This document shows, piece after piece, positions 42,027-51,397 of a DNA stretch of 64,000 bases. This stretch comes from Calditrichia bacterium (GTDB lineage: Bacteria; Calditrichota; Calditrichia; JAJRVZ01). The position numbers were made by a program, and so were the translations under genes. Location of the stretch: NCBI GenBank assembly GCA_963796965.1, contig CAWCNS010000011.1, forward strand, positions 384,001 to 448,000, written 5' to 3'. Numbering within the stretch: the stretch's first letter is position 1; each line of letters opens with the position of its first letter. The notes beneath the pieces are model-generated. The model saw nothing but the letters and a program-made list of their open reading frames with translations. It was not told the DNA's origin and ran no database searches.

Positions 42027-43379
42027 TTAAATATCCCAGTTTGCCGTAACTTTGATTCGGACCTGGCTTAGTTTTTGAGTCCTCACATATGGATGGTTAT
42101 CAGGATCATTCGTTGTAAATGTTGGTTTAGGTAGCGGAAGATATTCCACCTTAAGGTCTAAATTCATTTTATCAGAAAGATAAAATCTTGATCCTGCTCC
42201 AATGCCGGCCATAAATGAAATATCCGTCGCCGGATCGATCTCTCCAACCTCTACACCGGCTCGTTTTATAAGAACTCTTGCGGTGTTGCTTAGAGCAGCA
42301 CCAATTGAAAGTTCCGCAAATAATTCCATTTCCTTGTTTAAGGGATAGACGAATCGCGGGCTGATAAGCAGCGAATATATTTCCCAGTATTTAAATTCAA
42401 ATTGTGTACCTACTGCATTAAGAGAATCAAAGGGAATGGGCAAAACCCCACGGGCAGGAAATTTCTCATAGTCCAAAGCGAAATTAACACCCAAATTCTT
42501 CAGCAAGGACAAATAGCCATTTACACCAAAGGAATTAATCAAATTATCACTCGTATTTACAACATCCTTGAATTCTCCAACAGGTAAAGCCATACCAAGA
42601 CTTACACCCAAATAGAAATTCATATAAACATCCCGGGCCGGATCATACCAGATGAATTTTGAATGTTGCCTGGATTCCTGGCGAAACTTAACTCTCACTT
42701 TTCTGGGCTCATTGTCTACATGCATAGCAAGAGACAAATCCGTAACATAGGGTATCTCAGAATGATGAGATGAATTTAACAAGGCCCACTTCTCAAGCGT
42801 AAATCCGGGAGGTACAATGAAATTTTTTGCATAGAGGTGATTCCGGCCATATCCTGTATCCTTCCCCCCGTCCTCTAATCCTACAGTTTGCGAAAGACCG
42901 GTGGTCACACCCGTCATACTTGCTCCGGCCCCAAGCACAACCGATTGCAGTTCTTTTACAGTCGAAACTTCCATGACAGTTTGGGAGATAAAGGCCCGGT
43001 CCCAATCTGCCTGTTCTTCTTTACTTAATACTCTAATGTATTTTTGAGCGTTTTTGTCCTCAAAAAATAGGGAAAGACTGTCAATTTTATACCAATCTTC
43101 CCCGGTATTTTGAAAAATGAAACGAAAACTGCCAAAATATTCACTTGAAAATTCACGGTCCAACAAGGCATAAACATTTAATTCCGGGATTTCCTTATCA
43201 AACCGGCCTTGATGATACTTGCTAGCCGTTGTACATCCTGATATAATTTGAATAAGAACCAGAGCAACGATGCACACCAATCCTGACCTATTAATGCCAG
43301 GTCGTTTTGACAGGTAATAACCTACATTCATAGAGGACCGATCATTCATACTTTTGGGAAGGAGGTTTTTCACATTCAT
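42027..43379 (-). CDS. Lipoprotein-like N-domain fused to a C-terminal small beta-barrel
   Basis: ATG overlaps the nhaA stop (ATGA); lipobox IISGC; C-half LGMALPVGEF...GAGSRFYL..LDLKVEY. Confidence 0.65.
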   Translation of the reverse strand: MNVKNLLPKSMNDRSSMNVGYYLSKRPGINRSGLVCIVALVLIQIISGCTTASKYHQGRFDKEIPELNVYALLDREFSSEYFGSFRFIFQNTGEDWYKIDSLSLFFEDKNAQKYIRVLSKEEQADWDRAFISQTVMEVSTVKELQSVVLGAGASMTGVTTGLSQTVGLEDGGKDTGYGRNHLYAKNFIVPPGFTLEKWALLNSSHHSEIPYVTDLSLAMHVDNEPRKVRVKFRQESRQHSKFIWYDPARDVYMNFYLGVSLGMALPVGEFKDVVNTSDNLINSFGVNGYLSLLKNLGVNFALDYEKFPARGVLPIPFDSLNAVGTQFEFKYWEIYSLLISPRFVYPLNKEMELFAELSIGAALSNTARVLIKRAGVEVGEIDPATDISFMAGIGAGSRFYLSDKMNLDLKVEYLPLPKPTFTTNDPDNHPYVRTQKLSQVRIKVTANWDI

Positions 43380-44689
43380 GGTTTTTTTCCAATTAAAATA
43401 AGTACACCAATCAAGGCACTTAGGACGGATCCGCATATGATGCCAAGTTTTGCCTGATCGAGCATCATACCCTCTAAAGCAAGGCTGGCAATAAATAATG
43501 CCATCGTGAACCCAATTCCGGCAAGAAATCCCCCACCCAATATTACGCGCCACGTGATGTTTTCTGGTAATACAGCAAAATTCATCCTGATAGCCAACCA
43601 GCTAAACAGCATTATACCTACAGGTTTACCAATAAAAAGACCTACAATTATAGCAAATGAAATCGCACTGGTCAATCCGGAAATATTAATTGTGACACCT
43701 GCATTGGCCAAAGCAAAAAGGGGCATTATCAGGAAACTCACCCATGGATGTAAATCATTCTCGAACCGCTCCAAGGGAGAAACCGATTTTCTGGCCGCCC
43801 GCTCCATTGTGCGCAGCATCTCGTACCTCTCTTTTGTTGAAAGCCAACCCTCACCTTTTAATACTCCCATTGTAGATTGCAGCATCAGTGAAAAGCGTCG
43901 CTCATTGACCCAGCTCCCTGTTGGCGTTATCAAACCTACAATTACACCAGCTAGGGTAGCATGAATACCTGACTCATGAAATCCAAACCAAACCATCAAT
44001 GCAACGAAGGCGTAAACAGCCGCATTTTGTACACCAATTTTTTGCATAACAAGAAACACACCTATTGAGAATATCCCAAATATTAATGCCAGATAGTCGA
44101 GTTGTGCCGTATATCCAACAGCGATAACCAGAATGGCACCAATATCATCAACAATTGCCAGGGAAAGGAGAAAAATCCGCAACCGGGAAGGAATGCTTTT
44201 TCCAAGGACAGCAAGTGCACCAACGACGAATGCAATGTCTGTCGCCATAGGTATGCCCCACCCCCTTGCGCCCGGTTCACCCGCCTGTAAAGCCAGATAG
44301 AGACCTGCCGGTACAAGCATCCCTCCAATCGCTGCAAAAACAGGTAAAGCCGCACTTTTCATATCCTGCAATTCGCCCATGACGATTTCGCGTTTAACCT
44401 CCAGGCCAATAACAAAGAAAAAAATAGCCATCAGAAAATCATTGATCCAGTGTTTAACAGAGTGAAGCATTTCAAAACTGCCGATTTTAATGCCTATCTT
44501 CGTAGCCCAAAACGTAGAATATTTATCAGCAAAATCTGAATTTGCCAGGACCAGAGCGACAATTGTTGCCCCAAGCAAAACGATACCACTGGCAGACTCA
44601 ACATGCATAAATCTTTTTATGGGATCAATGTATTTATCAATGGGCTCAGCAGGTAAGCGCCCAGGTAGGTCGGTATTATTTTTTTCCAT
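43376..44689 (-). CDS. nhaA: Na+/H+ antiporter NhaA
   Basis: WINDFLMAIFFFVIGLEVKRE, GWGIPMATDIAF, LAIVDD, GIHATLAGV and GIGFTMALFI motifs. Confidence 0.96.
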   Translation of the reverse strand: MEKNNTDLPGRLPAEPIDKYIDPIKRFMHVESASGIVLLGATIVALVLANSDFADKYSTFWATKIGIKIGSFEMLHSVKHWINDFLMAIFFFVIGLEVKREIVMGELQDMKSAALPVFAAIGGMLVPAGLYLALQAGEPGARGWGIPMATDIAFVVGALAVLGKSIPSRLRIFLLSLAIVDDIGAILVIAVGYTAQLDYLALIFGIFSIGVFLVMQKIGVQNAAVYAFVALMVWFGFHESGIHATLAGVIVGLITPTGSWVNERRFSLMLQSTMGVLKGEGWLSTKERYEMLRTMERAARKSVSPLERFENDLHPWVSFLIMPLFALANAGVTINISGLTSAISFAIIVGLFIGKPVGIMLFSWLAIRMNFAVLPENITWRVILGGGFLAGIGFTMALFIASLALEGMMLDQAKLGIICGSVLSALIGVLILIGKKP

Positions 44690-45047
44690 ATTTCAAATAT
44701 TCCTGTTATTTCATAAAAAATATAGAGAAGTATTTACGGTACAAAGAATTTCTTTACTTTTACAAATCTTGTAATAAACTTAAGTTAATGAATTGACAGC
44801 TGAAATGATAAATTAATAAGATACTAAAACGACCTAACTGAACTGACCATTCCCCTAAATTATTATAAATCAGTTGAAAATTTGTTCACACTAAAGTGAG
44901 GGCTCTAATTTTTCCCTGTTTAAGGAAAATGGGACTTGGTGTTTGGCTATGCCATCTATATTTGAGATATAGGTTTTTATTCTTTGCGGCTTAGCGCCTT
45001 TGCGAGAAGAACATAAATGAAGATAGTTATATATTAACAATGGGAGG

Positions 45048-45080
45048 AAAAAAAACCCGGGATTAACTCCCGGGTTTTTT
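45048..45080. terminator. Intrinsic (bidirectional) terminator
   Basis: aaaaaaaacccggga-ttaac-tcccgggtttttt. Confidence 0.85.
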
Positions 45081-45124
45081 ATTAATAAATGTGATCAGGA
45101 AGTACTGATCAAATTTTCAAAAGT

Positions 45125-45724
45125 CTATCTGTAATAGGCAAAACCGATTTGAAAACTTACATATTGGAGAGCATCGGCTTCATCATAGTTCTCTGTACTA
45201 CCTGGAGGTAATACATAATTATACTTCATACCCAGGTTAATATGAACATCACCGACAGGCATAGTGAAACCCACTTCCGGGGCGACACCCCATTGCCAGT
45301 TTTTTTCTTCAAGCATTTTTATACCCAGGGTTAATCTGGACCAGGTATAATAAGCGCCGGCATTAAGTCCAAAATAGGGCCGGAAACATTCTTCACCCCC
45401 AAGCCAGATATGAGCATTTAGCATAATCGGGAAAGTATTGACATAGCGAAATTGTTTTCCACTGACGGTGCCATTTTCTAACTGGAGGGGTTCAGTGGTT
45501 TGTTCGTAGAATACTTGCCAACCGGCATAAAAACCAACTGTCATAAATGGAAGGATATATTTTCTACCATCAAATCCAATACCCAGATAACTGGGTGCCT
45601 CAATAAACGCCTTTGTTTCACCGGCAGGAACAGCGATATTATATGAAAGGGTTGTCATATAATCCTGACCAAAGGCGGCAAAACTGAGAGCGGCAACGAG
45701 AATAATAATGCTGATTAGTTTCAT
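45125..45724 (-). CDS. Small OmpW-like beta-barrel protein
   Basis: YNIAVP.GETKAFI, QFRYVNTFPI, RPYFG and WGVAPEVG motifs. Confidence 0.82.
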   Translation of the reverse strand: MKLISIIILVAALSFAAFGQDYMTTLSYNIAVPAGETKAFIEAPSYLGIGFDGRKYILPFMTVGFYAGWQVFYEQTTEPLQLENGTVSGKQFRYVNTFPIMLNAHIWLGGEECFRPYFGLNAGAYYTWSRLTLGIKMLEEKNWQWGVAPEVGFTMPVGDVHINLGMKYNYVLPPGSTENYDEADALQYVSFQIGFAYYR

Positions 45725-45754
45725 ATTGATATACCTCTATTTTTTTGTGATTTT

Positions 45755-46390
45755 TTAATTTGTAGATGTACCTAAATAAGGTGATTGTACAAAGCATCTA
45801 TTAACCAACTCGATCAAACGCCTATTCATATTTGTATAGGACTGTTCAACAACGCCATTTATAACTCCAAGCCACATTGGCATCGGTTCATCAGCCTGCA
45901 TTTTATGATCAGACATGCTTATAAGAACAGTACCTGTTTCAACCTCATAGGTTGCTCCCCCACTGTCAGTATAATAACTACCACTGCCGTAATTATCATA
46001 TCCAGAGCCATATTCATCTCCGTAATCATACTCACTGTTAAGATTATATCCTTCTTTAACAACCGATAGCGTTACAATCATATCCGATTGATTAGGATCA
46101 TCAACACGAGTATAACCAAGGGCGCCCATATTTGCAGCAACCTGGCTTAAAACCAAGGCATCATACTCACCCGCAGGATCATTACTATTAGGGCGAGCCA
46201 CCGTGTCAGGCATGGCATAAGTTTTATATGAACTAAAATTTACATCCTTATCATAAAACGTCCCGACGATATCAAATTCCTCAATATCTTCCGGACCATA
46301 AGGAAAACAGGCTTGTAAAATCACAAGACTTCCAAAAATAAGAGCGGAAAAAAGACCGGCTCTGATTAAGTTCTTCCTAAATAGAAGCAT
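45755..46390 (-). CDS. DUF4136-like lipoprotein
   Basis: Lipobox LQAC; NFSSYKTYAMPDT, ETGTVLISM and FVQSPYL motifs. Confidence 0.78.
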   Translation of the reverse strand: MLLFRKNLIRAGLFSALIFGSLVILQACFPYGPEDIEEFDIVGTFYDKDVNFSSYKTYAMPDTVARPNSNDPAGEYDALVLSQVAANMGALGYTRVDDPNQSDMIVTLSVVKEGYNLNSEYDYGDEYGSGYDNYGSGSYYTDSGGATYEVETGTVLISMSDHKMQADEPMPMWLGVINGVVEQSYTNMNRRLIELVNRCFVQSPYLGTSTN

Positions 46391-46596
46391 AATTGTACTC
46401 TCCTTTTTAATTTGATTAACTCTTTTGTATTTGACGATTATAACAATTTAACACCTGATAAGTTGTATATCAGGTGTCCCCATATACTATTTATATCATA
46501 TTATTTGATTAAATCTCCTCTGGAGTATCTTTAGAACGGTAGAGATGTTCCTTTTGTTCCATATTTTATGCTCTTTCTTCCTTTCCCTGATAATTA

Positions 46597-47214
46597 TCAC
46601 CAGGTTGGCACTGATATCCCAAAATTAAAAGTCAGATAGGTAAATTCGAGCGGTTCCTTTGTAATAGAGGTACCCCCTTCAAAAGCATGGTTATAGCGCA
46701 CGCTCGCCTGAAGATAGATATAATCAGTAGGGACAAGAATACCAACCGTTGGTGCGACTCCCAAATGCCAGTTATCTTTTTCAACCATGAACAAACCTAC
46801 TTCTAACCTTTCAATGATGTAATAAGCACCGACACCGACGCCAAAATAGGGTCTGACACTGCTTTTCTTATGACCGAAAAAATAACTAAAATTTGCCAGG
46901 ACAGGGAATGAACTAAAATAGCGTATCTGAGTTCCGGTTAAGGTGCTTCCCTCCAATTCAATTGTGCCACCTCTCTGTAATTCGTCAAACGCATTCCACC
47001 CTGTAAGGAATCCAATCGTCAGATTTCTGCTTAGAAATTTATCATACTCAACAGCAAATCCGGTCCAACTTAAATCGCTTACAAAGTTTTTTGTATCTCC
47101 CATTGTAGAGCCGACACTATATTGAACACCTGCGAGACCAGGATACAACTGAGCCTGTACATTAACAAAGGTACTCATCATTAGAATTATTAAGATAATT
47201 TTACGAATTTTCAT
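46597..47214 (-). CDS. Small OmpW-like beta-barrel protein
   Basis: GDTKNFV, QIRYFSSFPV, RPYFG and WHLGVAP motifs; paralog of 45125. Confidence 0.82.
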   Translation of the reverse strand: MKIRKIILIILMMSTFVNVQAQLYPGLAGVQYSVGSTMGDTKNFVSDLSWTGFAVEYDKFLSRNLTIGFLTGWNAFDELQRGGTIELEGSTLTGTQIRYFSSFPVLANFSYFFGHKKSSVRPYFGVGVGAYYIIERLEVGLFMVEKDNWHLGVAPTVGILVPTDYIYLQASVRYNHAFEGGTSITKEPLEFTYLTFNFGISVPTW

Positions 47215-47251
47215 TCTATGTTCCCATCACATATATTATGAGCGAGTATTA

Positions 47252-47908
47252 TTAATTAGAAGTACCAAGATACGGGGACTGGGTATAAGCCTGATTAATA
47301 TCCCTCGTTAATCTGTCGCGAATATTTGATTTTGTATCCTCAAGCAAGCCATTAATGACGCCTAGCCATACCGTCGCTAATAATTTCTGGTTTTCATCAT
47401 ATTCATTGGGATCTGCCATATTAATAAAGACCGTACCGGTCCGGTACCCTTCCACAGTTGGCCCTCCCCAGTAAGGTGGATAGTAATAACCATATCCGGG
47501 ATACCCCCAATAACCGCCCCAGGAATAATTATAATAAACCTGAAGGTTTGTAGAGGAGGTTGCCGCAAGAATTATACCTAGATCAGCACCTGAGACGGTA
47601 ATTCTTCTATATCCGAGATTCGTCATATTCTCTTCAACAAGACTTAGGATTAATTGGTCATTACTCCGTCCAAGTTCATCTTCTTCGCCTTCTTCAACAA
47701 TATGGATAATCGTATCAGGCATAAAGTAAGTTTTAAAACTTGAGTAGTTCAAATCTTCTTTGTAATACGTTGCCACGACATCATACTCAGACGTTGACAA
47801 TCCATAGTCATTGTAACACCCTGCCAACGTAAGGACAAACAAACCCATAACCAGAAGTAATATATATCGACTGATTGATTTCAAATATTTTAAATTCAGA
47901 GTGCTCAT
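47252..47908 (-). CDS. DUF4136-like lipoprotein
   Basis: Lipobox LAGC; YSSFKTYFMPDT, Tyr/Gly/Pro-rich loop, YRTGT and QSPYLGTSN; paralog of 45755. Confidence 0.8.
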   Translation of the reverse strand: MSTLNLKYLKSISRYILLLVMGLFVLTLAGCYNDYGLSTSEYDVVATYYKEDLNYSSFKTYFMPDTIIHIVEEGEEDELGRSNDQLILSLVEENMTNLGYRRITVSGADLGIILAATSSTNLQVYYNYSWGGYWGYPGYGYYYPPYWGGPTVEGYRTGTVFINMADPNEYDENQKLLATVWLGVINGLLEDTKSNIRDRLTRDINQAYTQSPYLGTSN

Positions 47909-48231
47909 TCAGCATTCCTCCTTAGTGAAGATTTATAATTTTGAGCATAAATAGAACTAATATTTAAATTTTTGTAAATTAGATCTTGATAAAATTAAGT
48001 TGTTAGATGCAATGTATTCATTATTCTATAAGAAAGTAAATTTAGATTATTTATAGTTACATTTCAAATCAAATCTACGTAAATACCTTTTCAGAGCAGC
48101 AATTCGTTGAATCATGTATTTTTTCGTCAAACGCACATCCTAATTTATGGTTCCATTTAAAGATAAGAGCATATTTATTCTCCCAGAATGCATAAAAATT
48201 AAATCATACTATAGATAAGAGGAACCGGTTT

Positions 48232-48894
48232 ATGTTAGATAAAATTAATGTTTTAGATTCCAGAGAGACAATAACATACATATATCAGTGCCCTTTAATC
48301 CCTTATATATATCTTGTATTGATAATTATTTTTGCTATTTCGATTCCGGGAAGTCTCCATGCTGACGATTCCACCCAGAAAGATTCAAGCACAGTAGTAG
48401 AACACGTAACTGAAGCCAAACCTTATCCAACATCTTTATGGCTGGGAGCGCAACTTATCCCCAGCCCGGAGTGGATTTTCAGTAATGATGGGGGATCACG
48501 TTTTGGTATGCGCTGGCAAGTTACTCCCCTTCTATACTCATTTGGAATAAATAAGCGTTTGTCGCCCTGGCGCTATTTTATAGCGGAACCGATAGTCAGA
48601 CAAAATGGGTCAATTGAATTATTCTTCACTCCGGAATGGGTGCATCTCACAGATAACTTTTCTAATAATTGGCTGTTCCGAGGTGGATTGAGGTTATATT
48701 TTCCACTATACCGCTATGGGGAGTATCTTTCCGGATCACTTTCAACCTCTTACTATAATTACAATGGGCAGCAGGGCATAAGTTATGAGGGGGGCATCTA
48801 TATATTTTTTGGCATATTAGGTCTTCAGGCAACATATTCCCCCGATATGAGTGAGGCTCCGTGGATCCTTACCTTACGTCTCCGCTTTTTTTAG
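48232..48894 (+). CDS. Hypothetical exported/outer-membrane protein
   Basis: Signal-like segment ending LHA-D; aromatic strands; C-terminal LRLRFF; start uncertain. Confidence 0.6.
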   Translation: MLDKINVLDSRETITYIYQCPLIPYIYLVLIIIFAISIPGSLHADDSTQKDSSTVVEHVTEAKPYPTSLWLGAQLIPSPEWIFSNDGGSRFGMRWQVTPLLYSFGINKRLSPWRYFIAEPIVRQNGSIELFFTPEWVHLTDNFSNNWLFRGGLRLYFPLYRYGEYLSGSLSTSYYNYNGQQGISYEGGIYIFFGILGLQATYSPDMSEAPWILTLRLRFF

Positions 48895-49076
48895 TTTGAG
48901 TCGTTTGGATTTCATTCGGCATTTGAGCTTGGTCATTGGGAATTGAGAGGAGAATTTCAAATGTCTAAATCCCACTGTCAATTCAATGCCCAAATCTCAA
49001 TTTCTAATATAATAACGCCCTTTTGATTTGAGTCATTTTGATTTCATTTGACATTTAATCTTGGTCATTGGACATT
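48895..49076. repeat. Direct/inverted TTTGAGTCATTT-type heptamer repeat module
   Basis: ~47-bp direct copies at 48895 and 49027 with an inverted related tract (about 48954-49005) between them. Confidence 0.65.
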
Positions 49077-49186
49077 ATATTTGAGGATCAACGTACTATC
49101 ACAAGTTACTCGGCCTAGGGGATCTTTTTTTAATCATAACCGTATCAATGGGTGCAAATTAACAGAATATTATTTTTGTACCTTTT

Positions 49187-49211
49187 GTGGCCGTTCGCGA
49201 ACGGCCACTAC
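49187..49211. repeat. GTAG-type REP palindrome (5'-eroded)
   Basis: gtggccgttcgcgaacggccactac. Confidence 0.8.
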
Positions 49212-49258
49212 TATATTGGCTGCTTGAATATTTATAATAGGTAGATAAAAAACGTACT

Positions 49259-50257
49259 ATGAAAAAAAATATATATATACTGATATCAATAATGTTGTTC
49301 GGCACATTATTTAATTCCTGCGCGGCAACAAAGTCTACGGCAAATACCATTGGGAGGAGTTTTTCTGCTATATTTAAAACACCGCGGGAACTTCCCGATA
49401 AAATAACAGAACCCTTCCGCCCGGATGCAAGGTTAGCAGTATTATGGGTTGGTCACGCCACAGTTCTGATTCAGATGGATGATAAGTTTATTCTGACGGA
49501 TCCTTTATTTACAACAACTGTGGGCCAACTCTCAAAACGATTGGTAGAGCCTGGCATAGATCCGGACAATCTCCCGGAAATTGATGCCGTGTTGATATCG
49601 CACCTCCATATTGACCATTATTCACCTGCCTCCATTGGCATGTTTGAGGAAAAGATAAAGCAATTATTAATTCCCCAGGGAGGATTTGTGTATGTACCTA
49701 ATTTTGATATTGAGATGTCTGAAATTTCTACCTGGCACACGTGGGAAAAAGACGGATTACGTATTACCGCAGTACCCGTTATTCATAATGGGTGGCGCTA
49801 TGCCCTGGATAATGCCTGGATGACAACTAGCTTTACAGGCTATATGGTTGAGTACAGGGATTTAACCGTCTATATAGGTGGAGACACGGCTTATGATTCT
49901 ACCTTGTTTAAAGATACAGGAAAAAAGTTTAAACATATAGATCTTGCAATATTACCCATAGCTCCAATTCATCCCCGTGAATATAGCAAGGCACGGCATA
50001 CGGATCCGGCAGAAGCACTACAAATCACTATTGATCTTGGTGCCGATTATTTATTACCAATGCATTATGACACCTTCCCGGAATCCCTTGATTCTTTGGG
50101 AGAAGCTGGCAATCTAATGCGGGAGGAAATTAAGAAAATGCAGGTTGAACCAGATCGGGTTGCCATACTCGAAGTTGGTGAACAAAGGACACTCATCTAT
50201 GATCAAAAAGTTGAACACTTAACTTCTCGACAAGATTCTGAAGATCGTTTGGATTAA
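49259..50257 (+). CDS. MBL-fold hydrolase lipoprotein (NAPE-PLD/UlaG-like)
   Basis: Lipobox FNSC; WVGHATV, TDP, SHLHIDH, GGDTAY and PMHYDTF motifs. Confidence 0.88.
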   Translation: MKKNIYILISIMLFGTLFNSCAATKSTANTIGRSFSAIFKTPRELPDKITEPFRPDARLAVLWVGHATVLIQMDDKFILTDPLFTTTVGQLSKRLVEPGIDPDNLPEIDAVLISHLHIDHYSPASIGMFEEKIKQLLIPQGGFVYVPNFDIEMSEISTWHTWEKDGLRITAVPVIHNGWRYALDNAWMTTSFTGYMVEYRDLTVYIGGDTAYDSTLFKDTGKKFKHIDLAILPIAPIHPREYSKARHTDPAEALQITIDLGADYLLPMHYDTFPESLDSLGEAGNLMREEIKKMQVEPDRVAILEVGEQRTLIYDQKVEHLTSRQDSEDRLD

Positions 50258-50271
50258 TGTAAAACATCAAT

Positions 50272-50376
50272 TTGCATATCCAGACATCAAATTGTAACTT
50301 TTAATTTAATAGTACACGCGTCAAGTTTTGAGGAGAAGTTGACCTGGACCAGATCCTGAACGAAGGATCGGCTATT
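50272..50376 (+). promoter_or_regulatory. Sigma70-like promoter followed by a structured 5' leader
   Basis: TTGCAT-17 nt-TAACTT; leader with stems AAUAGU/GCUAUU, GUCAA/UUGAC and GAUCCU/AGGAUC. Confidence 0.4.
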
Positions 50377-50406
50377 CAATGAGGATTTAAGGGCTCTTAT
50401 TATAAA

Positions 50407-51213
50407 ATGTTTGAAAGTATTTTTACTCTTATTTTAGCAGGCTTTTTGGCTGGTGTTGTTTTTTCGATGCCGATCGCAGGCCCGATCAGCATCATCATCG
50501 TCTCTAAGGCATTTGAAGGTAAACTACGATTCTGTACCCGTATCGCCATTGGCGCTTCGATCGTTGAAGCAATTTATGTCTTTATTGTGGTTTATGGCAT
50601 TACAACCTTAATTCATTATTATCAACCCTTTATTCCCTACCTACTGATAATCGGAGCAATTTTAGTTGTTTTTGTAGGTATTAAAATCATGCGCCGAAAC
50701 ATTGATTTTGATGTTTTAAACTCTGAAAAAGTGATTACAGATAAGATGGAGAACAAGGGCGGTATGCGGACGGGCATTGTCATAAATTTAACCAATCCTA
50801 CTTTATTTATAGGCTGGTTAGTTGCATCTTTCATCACTCTCTCATTTACTTCATCTATCGGGCTTGACACGGGTGGATTAGATCTTATTGTAAATGAAAA
50901 CGTCAGTTCCGTATCAGAGATCACAGGTGAGGAGTTTGAGAATCTGGATTCACTAAATTCTGATCACTTGAATCAACATCCTGTTAACAATAGACGTGAA
51001 GGGACATCCGCAGTAGTATTGAGCCTTGTCTTCGCATTATCAGTTGGTTTTGGGGCTCTTATTTGGTTAGATCAATTAGCCCGGATCATTATCAGATACA
51101 GAGATAAGATAAAAGTAGGGATTCTAAACAAGTTAATTCGTTTTCTTGGCATTATTTTAATTATGCTCGGCTTTTATTTAGGCTATCAGGCGTTTTTAAT
51201 CTTTTTACAGTGA
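50407..51213 (+). CDS. LysE/RhtB family exporter
   Basis: MPIAGPISI, GASIVEAIY and NLTNP motifs; about six TMs with an enlarged hydrophilic loop. Confidence 0.8.
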   Translation: MFESIFTLILAGFLAGVVFSMPIAGPISIIIVSKAFEGKLRFCTRIAIGASIVEAIYVFIVVYGITTLIHYYQPFIPYLLIIGAILVVFVGIKIMRRNIDFDVLNSEKVITDKMENKGGMRTGIVINLTNPTLFIGWLVASFITLSFTSSIGLDTGGLDLIVNENVSSVSEITGEEFENLDSLNSDHLNQHPVNNRREGTSAVVLSLVFALSVGFGALIWLDQLARIIIRYRDKIKVGILNKLIRFLGIILIMLGFYLGYQAFLIFLQ

Positions 51214-51397
51214 TAGTGTACCAGAATTGTTCTCTGAGAGATACTGAAATTTCTGTTAAAAAGCTTATATAAATATTTTATCAAAATTATTCAGTCACGT
51301 GTAATTCCTTATAATAATTCACCAATCTATTGAAGTTAATGCAATCCGATTCGTAAATTTAGGTTTTTGCTAAATTCATAATCAGATTGGAACTAAA

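Noticed and set aside
43380..43553. N-terminal extension of ORF 42027..43553
   Set aside because: It overlaps the conserved nhaA 3' end; the ATGA-coupled start at 43379 fits better.
44690..45040. nhaA-associated Na+/Li+ riboswitch
   Set aside because: The upstream DNA is AT-rich with no structure I could match; an Rfam scan would settle it.
50308..50376. Purine riboswitch
   Set aside because: The three-stem layout is superficially similar, but the junction and kissing-loop sequences do not match.
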